Part shown: positions 1-10,539 of the stretch, in pieces
Position numbering within the stretch: position 1 is the stretch's first letter
Layout of the letters: each line of letters opens with the position of its first letter
From: Mobula hypostoma
Taxonomy: Eukaryota
Direction: 5' to 3'
Assembly (NCBI RefSeq): GCF_963921235.1
Contig: NC_086098.1
Location: 7,254,001 to 7,318,000 of the forward strand
Length of the DNA: 64,000 bases
Notes under the pieces: model-generated
The model's input: the letters and a program-made list of their open reading frames with translations, nothing else
Database searches by the model: none
Told to the model about the DNA's origin: nothing
Position numbers and translations under genes: made by a program

Positions 1-694
1 GGTTCATTGGACTGTTGGAGTTGAATGACGGCCCCCAACTGCATTTATTACTGAGATCTAATACTGTGATTGACCGCATATCTGCCATCGATTTCGCTCA
101 GCCATCCATTCCACAGCAACTACAACAGGAGGGGATAGCTTTAATAATTTTGTGCATGAAACAATAATGTGTATTTTGAACCATCAGAAAGGTAAGCTAT
201 CACTACCTTGGCTGCCCTGCTTGACAGCCAGTGGCTGTTCGGCATTGCCTACGTTTCCGACTCTGAATTTATGTGCCACTGATAGGCAGTCTCTGCCTTC
301 ACCTTTTTCATCACACATATGCCCTAGTACAGCCATTCAGCATGTTAGATTTTCCTCAGCGACGATCTTGCCAAACTCATCAGTAAATTCCTCTGCTCCT
401 TCCTGATCAGCAGATGCTTTATCATCACAAATCTTTAAAAAATTTAGTACTGTGCCATTTTTAACCAGCCTGCTCATTTGTCTGTGTTTTTTCTATTTTT
501 TATTAAATTCTGTTCATTGCAAAGTGAGGTCACTTGCTTGAACTGTCCGTGGTGCATCGAGACCTTTGCATCGCCTAGGAACCTTCTCAGAACCTTGTAG
601 AATTTTCCCTTTGTGATATTGTGACAGCGCTCAAAAGAATTTGGACTATGGAGGCTTTTGGATTTTAGAAGTACTGATGAGGGGTGCTCAACAG
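1..694 (-). mobile_element. Pogo/Tigger (Tigger4-like) DNA transposon relic, running off the window start
   Basis: Minus-strand translation of ~345-470 gives KFLKICDDKASADQEGAEEFTDEFGKIVAEENLT (Tigger/Jerky-like transposase). The end at ~600-694 resembles a Tigger4/Zombi-type terminus (consensus CAGGTTGAGCATCCC...). Frameshifted and decayed. Confidence 0.7.
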
Positions 695-727
695 CACTGA
701 TTTCTTTTGGTTACGTACTTGAAATAC

Positions 728-905
728 AGGAGGAACTCAACAGGCCAGGCAACATCTATGGGAAAAAAATACGTTGGACCGAGGAGCTCAGCCCGAAATG
801 TCGACTGTACTTCTTTCTATAGATGCTGCCTGGCTGCTGAGTTCCTCCAGCAACTTGAGTGTGTTGCCTGTATTTCAAACATCTGCAGATTTTCTCTTGT
901 TTGTG
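728..905. mobile_element. Penelope-derived inverted pseudo-LTR pair (fold-back), hammerhead centre partly deleted
   Basis: GAGGAACTCAACAGGCCAGGCAACATCTATGG is followed by its near reverse complement CTATAGATGCTGCCTGGCTGCTGAGTTCCTCCAG. The same sequence terminates the Penelope element at 45.9 kb. Confidence 0.75.
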
Positions 906-1239
906 ATTTATTTTGGTGATCAGTATGAAACGATCAGGGCTGAGAATAGGAAAGTGGAATTACTAATAGTTCAATTATAACCTTAATTGGCGAAAGCAGC
1001 TCAGAAAAGCTTCCAATTGCCCACATCTGCTCATGGAATCCTTTACAGTGACTAATTTACTTCAAATTTGTTAAATACTCCCCCAATAAGCTGATAATGA
1101 GTGATCCTGCCAGCTGTAGGTGTAAATCATTGCTTGGTTACTCTCAGTCTTTGGTTTTGAAATTTGGGTGAACTAAAAAGCACGATAACACAGAAAAATT
1201 GCTGGAAAAACTCATGCAGCATCAAAGGAACAATAGTGT

Positions 1240-1630
1240 GAACTGTTATTTAAATGTGGAGAAGGTTCAAACAGGTGCAGAGGGACTTGGAGTCCTCGTG
1301 CAAGACTCCCACGAGGTTAATTTACAGATGAGTCTGTGGTAAAGAAGGCAAATGTAATGTTGGCATTTATTTCAAGGGGAATAGAATATAAAAGCAAGGA
1401 GAAACTGCTGAGGCTTTATAAGACACTAGTCAGGTCGCACTTGGAATATTGTCATAAAGAATGTGTTGTCATTGCAGAGTCGAGAGGTGGTTCATGAGGA
1501 TGATTCTGGGAGTGAAGGGGTTAACATATGAGGAGCGTTTGTCAGCTTTGGGCCTGTGCTTACTAGAATCTAGAAGAATGAGTTGGGATCTCATTGAAAC
1601 CTATCGATTATTGAAAGGACTAGATAGGGT
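1240..1630 (+). mobile_element. CR1 LINE ORF2 3' fragment
   Basis: Decayed LYKTLVR.HLEYC and YEERLSALGL.SLE.RRM..DLIETY motifs. Confidence 0.8.
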
Positions 1631-1747
1631 TTTCAGGTAGGGAATGACAGGATTGGTAGCACGATGTACCTGGAATTTGTTGTTTTTGATATGATGGGGG
1701 AGGGAGTGCAGGGGTAGATCAACTGATATGGGAGAGTGTTACAGCAT

Positions 1748-2030
1748 GGAATCATAGAACACTACAGCACAAAAGCTAGCCCTTTGGCCCATCTATTCCA
1801 TGCAAGACTATTAATCTGCTTGACCCACTGACCTGACCTGGCCTAGAGCCCTCCATTCCTCGCCCATCCATATACCTGTCCAGATTTCTCTGAAATGTTG
1901 AAATTGAACTCAAATGCACCACTTTCACTGGCAACTCATTCCACACTTTCACCATCCTCTGCGTGAAGAAATTCCACCTCATGTTCCCTTTAAGTGTTTC
2001 ACTTTTCACGCTTTACTCTGATCTCTAGTT
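1748..2030 (-). mobile_element. CR1 LINE 3' end/tail
   Basis: ORF 1776-2009 FFTQRMVKVWNELP...RNLDRYMD plus CR1 tail (GGGCCAAAGGGC...TGCTGTAGTGTTCTATG). Confidence 0.85.
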
Positions 2031-2045
2031 TTAGTCGTACCCAAA

Positions 2046-2530
2046 GCTGGAGGAACTCAGCAGGTCAGGCAGGATGTATGGAAAAGAATAAACAGTTGAT
2101 GGTTCAGGCCAAGACCCTTCTTCCAGGCTGAGATGGAAAGAGGAAGATGCCAGAATAAAAAGGTGGAGGGATGGAAAGAGGATAGCTGGAAGATAATAGG
2201 CAAAGCCAGGTGGGTGGGAAAGGTCAAGGGTTGGAGAAGAAAGAATCTGATAGGAGAGGAGAGTGGACAATAGGAGAAAGGAAAGGAGGAGGGGACCCAG
2301 GGGGGATCTAATAGGTAGGTGAGAAGAGGTAGAAGGTCAGAGTGGGGAATATGTTCACCAGAAGGAGAAAGGAGGGTACCCAGATGGAATACAAGGTGTT
2401 ACTCCTCCACCTTGAGGGTGGCCTCATCATGGCACAAGAGGAGGCCATGGATCGACACGTCGAAATGTGAATAAAAATGGTTGGCCACTGGGAAGTCCCA
2501 CTTATGGTGGATGGAGTGGAGGTGCTTGAA
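2046..2530 (-). mobile_element. Penelope-like element 3' end (GIY-YIG C-terminus plus pseudo-LTR with decayed hammerhead)
   Basis: Homologous to 45400-45960; pyrimidine-rich tract on the minus strand; decayed hammerhead at ~2092-2130. Confidence 0.8.
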
Positions 2531-2975
2531 GAAGTCTTACCTAATTTCAGTGGAAATATGCCTGCTTGCATTTACCCTGTCTATACCCCTCATAAGACTC
2601 AGCACCCAGAGAGGAAACACTGGAAAGCTCACCCACGGAGAAAGTTTGGGAGGAGCTCAGAAATAGAATAGGTACACTCATGCTGATGTGATTGTACTAT
2701 AGGCCTATGTGAACTAAAGGGAAATGATTCTGACAAAGTTGTTTGTGGGAGCTAGAACATGGCTAGTTGGGAGAATGATGGAAGCTTATCACATAGAGAA
2801 CTTGCCTGCCCAGATGACCCAAGAGGGTAAAGGCCAAGGGCAGTAAAGTGGAACAAAGTTGAATGACTTATTAGGCTGTACCATGTTCAGGAAAAGCCTG
2901 CAAAAAGTAATGGACACAGCCCACTCCATCACCAGCAAAGCCCTACCCACCACTGAACACATCTGCAAGTAGCAC

Positions 2976-3431
2976 AGACCATAAGACCATAAGATATAGG
3001 AGCAAAATTAGGCCACTTGGTCCATCGCCTCTGCTCCACCATTTCATCATTGTTGATCCAATTTTCCTCTCAGCCCAAATCTCCTGCCTTCTCCCCGTAT
3101 TCCTTCATGCCCTGATCAATCAAGAATCTATCAACCTCTGCCTTAAATATACTTGGCCTTCACAGCTGCCTGTGGCAACAAATTCCACAAATTCACCACT
3201 CTTTGGCTAAAGAAATTCCTCCTCATCTCTGTTCTAAAAGGATGCCTCTCTATTCTGAGGTTGTGTCCTCTGGCCTTAGTCTCTCCCACCACAGGAAACG
3301 TCCTCTCCACATCCACTCTATCAAATCCTTTCACCATTCGATAGGTTTCAATGAGGTCACTCCTCATTCTTCTGAATTCTAGTGAACTCAGGCCCAGAGC
3401 TATCCGACGCTCTTCATATGGCAAGCCATTC
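2976..3431 (-). mobile_element. CR1 3' fragment inserted in a Rex1/Babar-type fragment (~2890-3860, +)
   Basis: ORF 3143-3433 GLPYEERRIALGLSSLEFRRMRSDLIETY...NFFSQRVVNLWNLLP. The two flanks join up as a Rex-type 3' end. Confidence 0.85.
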
Positions 3432-4149
3432 AATTACTGTTACAAGAAAGTGGTATCCATCATCAAGAATCACCATCATCCAGCCGTGTTCGCTCCTTGC
3501 TGCTTCCATCAGGAAGGAGGTACAGGAGCCTCAGATCCCACACCACCAGGTCAGGAACTGTTATTACTTCTCGACTATCAGGCTCCTGAACTGGCACGGG
3601 TAACTTTACTCATTTCAACTCTGAACTGATTCCACAATCTATAGAGTGACTTGCAAGGACTCCACAACTCAAGTTATTTACTCTTTGATATTTACACACT
3701 TTTTCTTCACTTGCATATTGGTTGTTTGCCAGTCTTTGTAGACATATCATTTTCATAAATTCTGTTGTATTTCTTTATATTCCTCTAAAAGCCTGCAAGA
3801 AATTGAATCACAATGTAGTATATGGTGACATATATGTTCCTTGATTAGAAACTTACTTTGGAGCTTGGAAAAATAGCGAGCTATGGGTAACCCCAGGTAA
3901 TTTCTAAGGTCAGGACATGTTCGGCACAACTCTGTGGGCCGAAGGGCCTGTATTGTGCTGTAGGTTTTCTATGTTTTTATGTTTCTACTTTGACTTTGAA
4001 TGTCCCAATTTTGTCTGGAATAGTTTCCTCATCTGCCTTAAATGTCTAATATTCAGCTTGTTCCAGTTTTCTAACATCATTTTTAAGTCACATGCCTTTT
4101 TCTCATTCATTTCTAATCATTCACTTTGCAAAAATACAGTTAAGATATT

Positions 4150-4505
4150 TTTGAGGGGATGCTTCAAGAAGACGATATCCATCATTAAGGACCTCCACCA
4201 CCCAGGATATACCCTCTTCTTATTTCTACTATCAAAGAGGAGGTACAGGAGCCTGAAGACACACATTTAACATTTTAGGAACAGCTTCTTTGCCTCTACC
4301 ATTAGATTTGTGAATGGACAATGAACCCACGTACACTACCTCATTATTACTTTTTTTGCTTTCTTTTAGCACTACTTATTTAAGTTATATTTCTTTTCTT
4401 ATTGTAATTTATTGCTTTTTTATTAATATGTATTGAAATGTACTGCTGCCGCATACAACAAATTTCATGACGTGTGCTAGTGATGTGAAACCTGGTTCTG
4501 ATTCA
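4150..4505 (+). mobile_element. Rex1/Babar-type LINE 3' end
   Basis: SIIKDLHHPGYTLFLFLLSKRRYRSLKTH followed by an AT-rich UTR ending AAACCTGGTTCTGATTCAGA. Confidence 0.75.
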
Positions 4506-4799
4506 GATTAAAGTAATAGAAAATAATAATCGGACTGGAATATTTGTGCAATGCGGACTGAAGATGAATGCTAAATCCATACCGTCCGCTCACCAGTTCA
4601 CTGAGTGTAATTCCAAGCTTCAAAAGTGACCAAAATGTAGATAATGAGGCTCATCTCTGTGATAGAGACTGAGTTATGAGGAAAATGTATAAAACTTGTT
4701 TTGGTTTGAAAGGAAGCAAATGAGGCAGGTTCACAGAGCGCTGTGTGAGATTATATGTAGGACAGAAAAAGCATGTGGTGAAAGAGCTTTAAACCCGCA

Positions 4800-4990
4800 G
4801 AGATTTTTCAAGACCTGAGGAATCTTCCAAAGGGCTTTACAGAAAATTAAATATATCTGTAGCGTAATCTCCTACATGGAAAATGCAGCAGTCAATCTCT
4901 GCAAAACAATCTCTCACAAACAGCAATATCAGATTCTTTTTATAGTGATATTGCTGGTGGGATGGGTATTGGGCAGGTTACGGGAACACC
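4800..4990 (-). mobile_element. Ancient DeuSINE (SacSINE1/AmnSINE-like) relic
   Basis: GACCTGAGGAATCTTCCAAAGGGCTTTACAG...GGAAAATGCAGCAGTCAAT...CACAAACAGCAAT resembles the reverse of the DeuSINE 3' part as recalled; highly diverged. Confidence 0.5.
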
Positions 4991-5679
4991 ATTACTAATC
5001 AGTAGTCAAGTTGAGAAGTGAGAGTATCGCATACAACTCAATTATAAAGCCCAATCCATTCTCCGTCAAGAAAAGTTGCCTTTCTCTTTAGTTTTCCTTG
5101 GTGGTCCAGTTTTAGGAAGTCTCAAGAGATATATGGAAGAGATTTCCATACAAGAATGATTCTGGTCTAATTGTTATAATGGTTGGCATATGAATTTTCA
5201 GGACATGTTTTTCTAAGAATAGATTATGTTGCAAAGTGAAAGATTTATTTTTTTATTTGACATATGTACTGCAACTGTGCCTTTTAACTACTAAATTATA
5301 GTTAAGATTGCTGTTGTCAGTGTTCCAAGTAAACATCTCTTTATAACGTTAGTTAATTTTCCCAACGAAGCCAGTGATCTCTGGCATTATGAGCATGATC
5401 AAGCCTTTTGCTTCATTACCCTATTCAGAAGCTAATTGCAGGCATCACGCATTGAATTTCCTCAGGAAGGAACAGAGAGGAGCTGCTGGGAACCAGAGCA
5501 GGCCCCAATATGAAGACTTCGAGATAATTACTTCCTGAAAATGCTGAAAATCCAGAACAACACACACAACATGCTGGAGGAACTCAGCAGGTCAGGGAGA
5601 GGGATAAATAGTCGATATTTTGGGCTGAGATACTCTCACCCTTCACTTCCCTCCCCCCACCATCATAAGCTGCATACCA

Positions 5680-5975
5680 CCTGTGGTAGTGTAACAGTTA
5701 GCTTAATGCTTTAGAACACCAGCAGTCTGGGTTCTGTTCTCATCTCCTGTAAGAAGTTTGTTTGCCCTCCCCATCACTGCATGGGCATTCCCCCCCAACC
5801 GTTTCCTCCGACATTCTAAAGACGTACGGGTTATTAGTTTGTGGGAATTCTATGTTGGCACTGGAAGCATGGCAACACTTATGGGCTGCCCCCAGCACAA
5901 CCTCGAACTATGTTGGTCATTGGTACAAAAAATGCAATTCACTCTATGTGTCAATGTACCTGTGACACATTTTTA
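5680..5975 (+). mobile_element. V-SINE (HE1-type tRNA-derived SINE), lying between two Penelope pseudo-LTR ends (~5535-5630 and ~5995-6065)
   Basis: A/B-box-like head, V-domain TGTAAGAAGTTTG...TCCCC...GTTTCCTCCGACATTCTAAAGACGTAC, and the family tail. Confidence 0.75.
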
Positions 5976-6189
5976 AACCGGCCTAAAGCACCGACTCTTT
6001 ATTTCCCATCATAGATGCTTCCTAACCTGCTGACTTCCTCCAGCATTTTGTCTGAGTTGCTCGGTGTAATTTATCAAACCCTATATTCTCCCCCAAGAAT
6101 GATTATCTGATTTTGAGCAGCACCTTAATCACTAATGTAGAAAGGAGGGGAGAATACTCGATAATCAAAACTAATACGGACTAAGCATG

Positions 6190-6870
6190 CTTAGATTTTT
6201 TTTAGATTGTGAGAACACTCAGTCCTCTTTTATTGTCATTTAGAAATGCATACATGCATTAAGAAATGATACAATGTTTCTCCGGAGTGATATTACAGAA
6301 ATCAAGACAGACCAAAGACTAACACTGACAGAACCACATAATTATAACATATAGTTACAGCAGTGCAAAGCAATACCATAATTTGATGAAGAACAGACCA
6401 TGGGCATGGTAAAAAAAGTCTCAAAGTCCCCGAGTCGATCGACTCCCGAGTCCCCGATAGCGGCAGCAAAAGGGAGAAACTCCAGGCACCGTCAACTTGC
6501 TGATACCTTGGAAGCAGCCAACCCAAACCAACCCTGAGTCCATCTGTCTGAAAACTCCGAGTTTCCGAGCAGCCTCTCTGATACAGCATCCCGAGCGCCA
6601 TCCTCTGCCGGGTGCCTTCTACCTCTCCCCGGCCGCTGAAACATGCAAAGCCGAGGATTTCGGGGCCTTCTGCTCTGGAGATTCCGGTTACCACACAGTA
6701 GCAGCGGTAGCAAAACAGGCATTTCAGAAGTTTTCCAGATGTTCCGCTGTGCTCTCACGTCTGTCATCAAATCAGGATTGTGCACGGTCCCCTACTTGAC
6801 AGATAACAGATGTTCATCATCGAAGTGGCCGCGCGCGCTGTCGTCATGCCACCATCTTCTCCTCCACTCC
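6190..6870 (-). mobile_element. ~650-bp non-autonomous retroposon of unassigned family (copy 1)
   Basis: Colinear with 61160-61803. 5' end GGAGAAGATGG; 3' end AATAAAAGAGGACTGAGTGTTCTCACAATCTAA; no credible ORF. Confidence 0.7.
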
Positions 6871-7204
6871 CTGGTTGATCTCGTTGTTAGAGACAGAGCC
6901 AATGCTAATATTCAGACTCAGATACAGATTCAATTATTTATCTCAATACATCGAAGCATGCAGTGAAATGTGTCATTTGTTTCAATAGCCAACACAACCT
7001 AAGGACGTGCTGGGGGCAGCCCACAAGTGTAGCCACACATTCCAGTGTCAGCACAGTGTACCCACAGTGCTCGGCAGAATGACACAGATCACAAGCAACT
7101 GAACTTTGGCTTTCGGGTTTTGACCTTGGTGAATCATCCACACTTATGTTTAAAATAATGAACCAGACTTCTTTCTAAACAGAGCTACTTAAATTTTTTT
7201 ATTG

Positions 7205-7635
7205 TCATCAGCATCATCATTATGTGCTGTGTTGTATGACATCATCATTATGTGCTGTGTTCTATGACATCATCATTTTGTGCTATGTTGTATGATGTGG
7301 GGGATCATAGTATTTCCATGACATTGATTGTTCTTGGCAAATTTTTCTGCAGAATTGGTTTGCCATTGTCTTCTTCTGGGCAGTGTCTTTACAAGACGGA
7401 TGATCCCAGCCATTATAAATACTCTTCAGAGATTCCCTGCCTGGTGTCAGTGGTCACATAACCAGAACTTGTGATATGCACCAGCTGCTGATTCGACCAT
7501 CCACCACCTGCTCCCATGGCTTCATATGACCCTGACTGGGGACTAAGCAGGTGCTACACCTTGCCCAATGGTGACCTGCAGGCTACCGGAGGGAAGGAGC
7601 ACCTTACACCTCCTTTGGTCGAGATGTATTTCCAC
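7205..7635 (-). mobile_element. Bipartite non-autonomous RTE element (BovA-like 5'UTR plus 3' end)
   Basis: Contains the RTE 5'UTR motif GAAGAAGACAATGGCAAACC and the tail CACAGCACATAATGATGATG shared with the RTE LINE end at ~32050. Second copy at 63287-63897. Confidence 0.7.
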
Positions 7636-7824
7636 AATGGCACATGATTTTTATTGTATTGTGGAAATAAAAAAGAAGTTTTGATTCTAAATTCCTGTGT
7701 CTGCAGCGGAAAGGTCCAGCACCATGAGAAAGACAAGCTTCCTCATCATGCTGCTTTGCTTGAGCTGCTTTAGGGCCATAAGGTTTATTCAGGAATTACT
7801 CTTCCATACTGCTCAGAGGAATAA

Positions 7825-8405
7825 TAGTTTTACAAAACTGTTGCTGGGGCTTGAGGACCTGTGTTATGGGGAAAGGTTGAATAGGTTAGGAGTTTATTCT
7901 GTAGAGTGTAGGAGAATGAAGGTAGATTTGATAGAAGTATGCAAAATTATGAGGGGTATAGATGGAGCGTAGAAAAACAAAGGGCTATGTGGTAGGGAAA
8001 TTCTAGGCAGCTTCTAGAGTAGGTTACAAGGTTGGCACAACATTGTGGGCTGAAGGGCCTATAATGTGCTGTAGATTTTCTACGTTTCTAAATATATCCA
8101 GGCTTGGATTGGGTGAAACTGGAACCAGAGATCATGAATTAAAGGTGAAAGGTGAAATATTTAAGGTGAACATGTAGGGGAACATTTTCAGAGGTGGGTA
8201 GAGCATGGGACATTCTGCCAGCGGAGATGGTGGATGCAAGTTCAACTTCAATATTTAAGAGTAATTTGGATAAGTGCATGGATAGAAGGGTATGGAGGGC
8301 TGTGGTCTGGGTGCTAGTCAATGGGTCTAGGCAGACTAATAGTTCGACATAGGCCAGATGGGCTGAAGGGCCTGTTTCTGTGCTGGAGTGTTCTATGACT
8401 CCATG
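7825..8405 (+). mobile_element. CR1 3' fragments (one tail nested in another)
   Basis: LEDLCYGERLNRLGVYSVECRRMKVDLIEV; two CR1 tails (GGGCTGAAGGGCCT...). Confidence 0.8.
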
Positions 8406-10539
8406 AATGAACCTGTGCATGATACAGCGAAGATATAAATATGAGGGAGACTGTAAATGCCGGAAATCTGGAAACCACATGCAGAATGCTGGTGAAACTC
8501 AACAGGTCAGGCAACATCTATGGAGGGAAATGAACAGTTAAAGTTTTGGACCAAATCCCTTCATCATCCAAAGGTTGAAAGATTCAAAGATTCAAAGTAC
8601 ATTTATTATCGAAGTATGTATGCAGTGTACAACCCTGAGATTTGTGATCCTGTAGACAGGCATAAAACAAAGAACCACCATGAAACTCGTTCCAAAAAAA
8701 GAACAAATCATGCAAGTGGCATAAAAACAAGGGAAAATACACAGAATACAAGCATCAAACCATAGAGTCTTTGAAACAGTGTAGAAATGTCCAGTTTAGT
8801 TCTGTGTTGTTTGTTGACTACAGGCTGCAGAGCAAGTCTGTCGCAATCAAAATCTCACAAAATAGACAGAGATGGGCTTTGCCAATGATCTCAGCAGTGT
8901 GAATCTGGCCCTTTCCACTAATGGCTGAGTTACTGTAGCTTGTCAACGTTAGTTACCTTTGTTCCCATCTGATGTACAGTCTTAGCAACAAAGTGCAGAT
9001 CAAACATACAGATCAAATTTCAAACATAGTATATATGTCACCATGCACTTCCTTTAGATTTATTTTCTTGCAGACATATATAGAAAAATAAATACAATCG
9101 GATTTATGAAAGATCAGACATAAAAAAAGGACAACTATTGTGTAACAGAAAGCAAATTGCACAATTAAAAAGTAATATAATTTCTGTAAAAAGCAGAAAT
9201 ATGCCATTCAGCCCACCAAGCCTGCTCTCTATTTCATCATGTCTGATCCATTTCCCTCTCAGCCCCAATCTCCTGCCTTCTCCCCGTACTCCTTCATGCC
9301 CTGACTAATGATGAATCTGTGAATCTCCATCTTAAATGCACCCAGTGACCTGGCCTCCACAGCTGCCAGTGGCAATGAATTCCACAGATTCACCATCTTC
9401 TTGCAGAAGACAATCCTCTTCATTTCTGTTCTAAATGGTCATGTTACCATTAGGTTCTTACTCTCCCTGGTGAGTCCAAATGCCAAATTAATTTTGTTGT
9501 AATTGAGCAATTAAGATATTGGAACTGACAACCTGTCTCTCTCGTGGGGTTTTTCCACATGTAGTGTTGTTGAAAGAGGATGTTGGCCTGTTGGATTTGA
9601 ATTCCTGACACTCCTACAATTATCTACGGCTTAACACACAGATGAACCCACACACATGCGCTCACCCACATTATAAATCCCTCACAGTGTTAGTTTTAAT
9701 GGAATGCATGATGGTGTTAAACCTATCAGGCTTGTTGATGAACTGCTGTTTACTTTAAAAGTATAGATCAGTGTTTATTTTACATTATAATTTACACTTT
9801 CCACTAAATTATAGGTGAAATCTTTTTAAGTGATTTGTGTTAGGGGGTTTATGGGATTCAGGCATAAAATATTAACTTCAACAACTAACTTTAGCCACCA
9901 ATCTTTAGACCTGGACATCGACTGCAGATTAAATTTAAGATGCAGCTCTGGACAATGGGTTCCTAGAGCTGTTAATTGAAAAAGCAGTCACATGGGTTAA
10001 CATTCATTTAGTCTGCCTGGATTGTGGCTGTGCAGAAGGAGGTGTGAAAGTTGTATGTAATTCAAAGGAAGCATTGTAGATATGTTGTAAATGTAGAATT
10101 GCCCTTTGATTTTGACCATATAAAACGTCATGCAATATTGGGTCAAACAGGCCTGTTCCTCTGAAAGGGTCACAATATGAGGCCTGCTCTGCTTCATTTT
10201 GTCAAATAAAGCTCGTACCTACCAGCTGCATCTCTCACATTATAACAATTTGGATAAAAGTGTAGCTATCTGTTTTTGCTTCAGTATGAATTAAAGCATT
10301 ACTGCAAGAATCAGAGCTTTGAATTCCAAAAGTGCCAAACACACCCATCAAATCTACCATTGTTAGCCTGTTTATTTTAAAAAGACTTTATAATTCATTG
10401 AAAACAATTTTGCATGATCCCTTTGAAACTGCAATTCCAGAGAAATGCAAAGTGATCTTGTCAGAGATGCAGAAAATCGTGTGACTACAGTGGTTCCTAA
10501 CTTCTCAATAAGTCTCCTTTACGTTAACCTCAATAAATG

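Noticed and set aside
4594..4656. Minus-strand exon with good splice signals
   Set aside because: Stops in all three frames and no other support.
7714..7735. REST/RE1 site (TCCAGCACCATG)
   Set aside because: Only the left half-site is present; the GGACAG half is missing.
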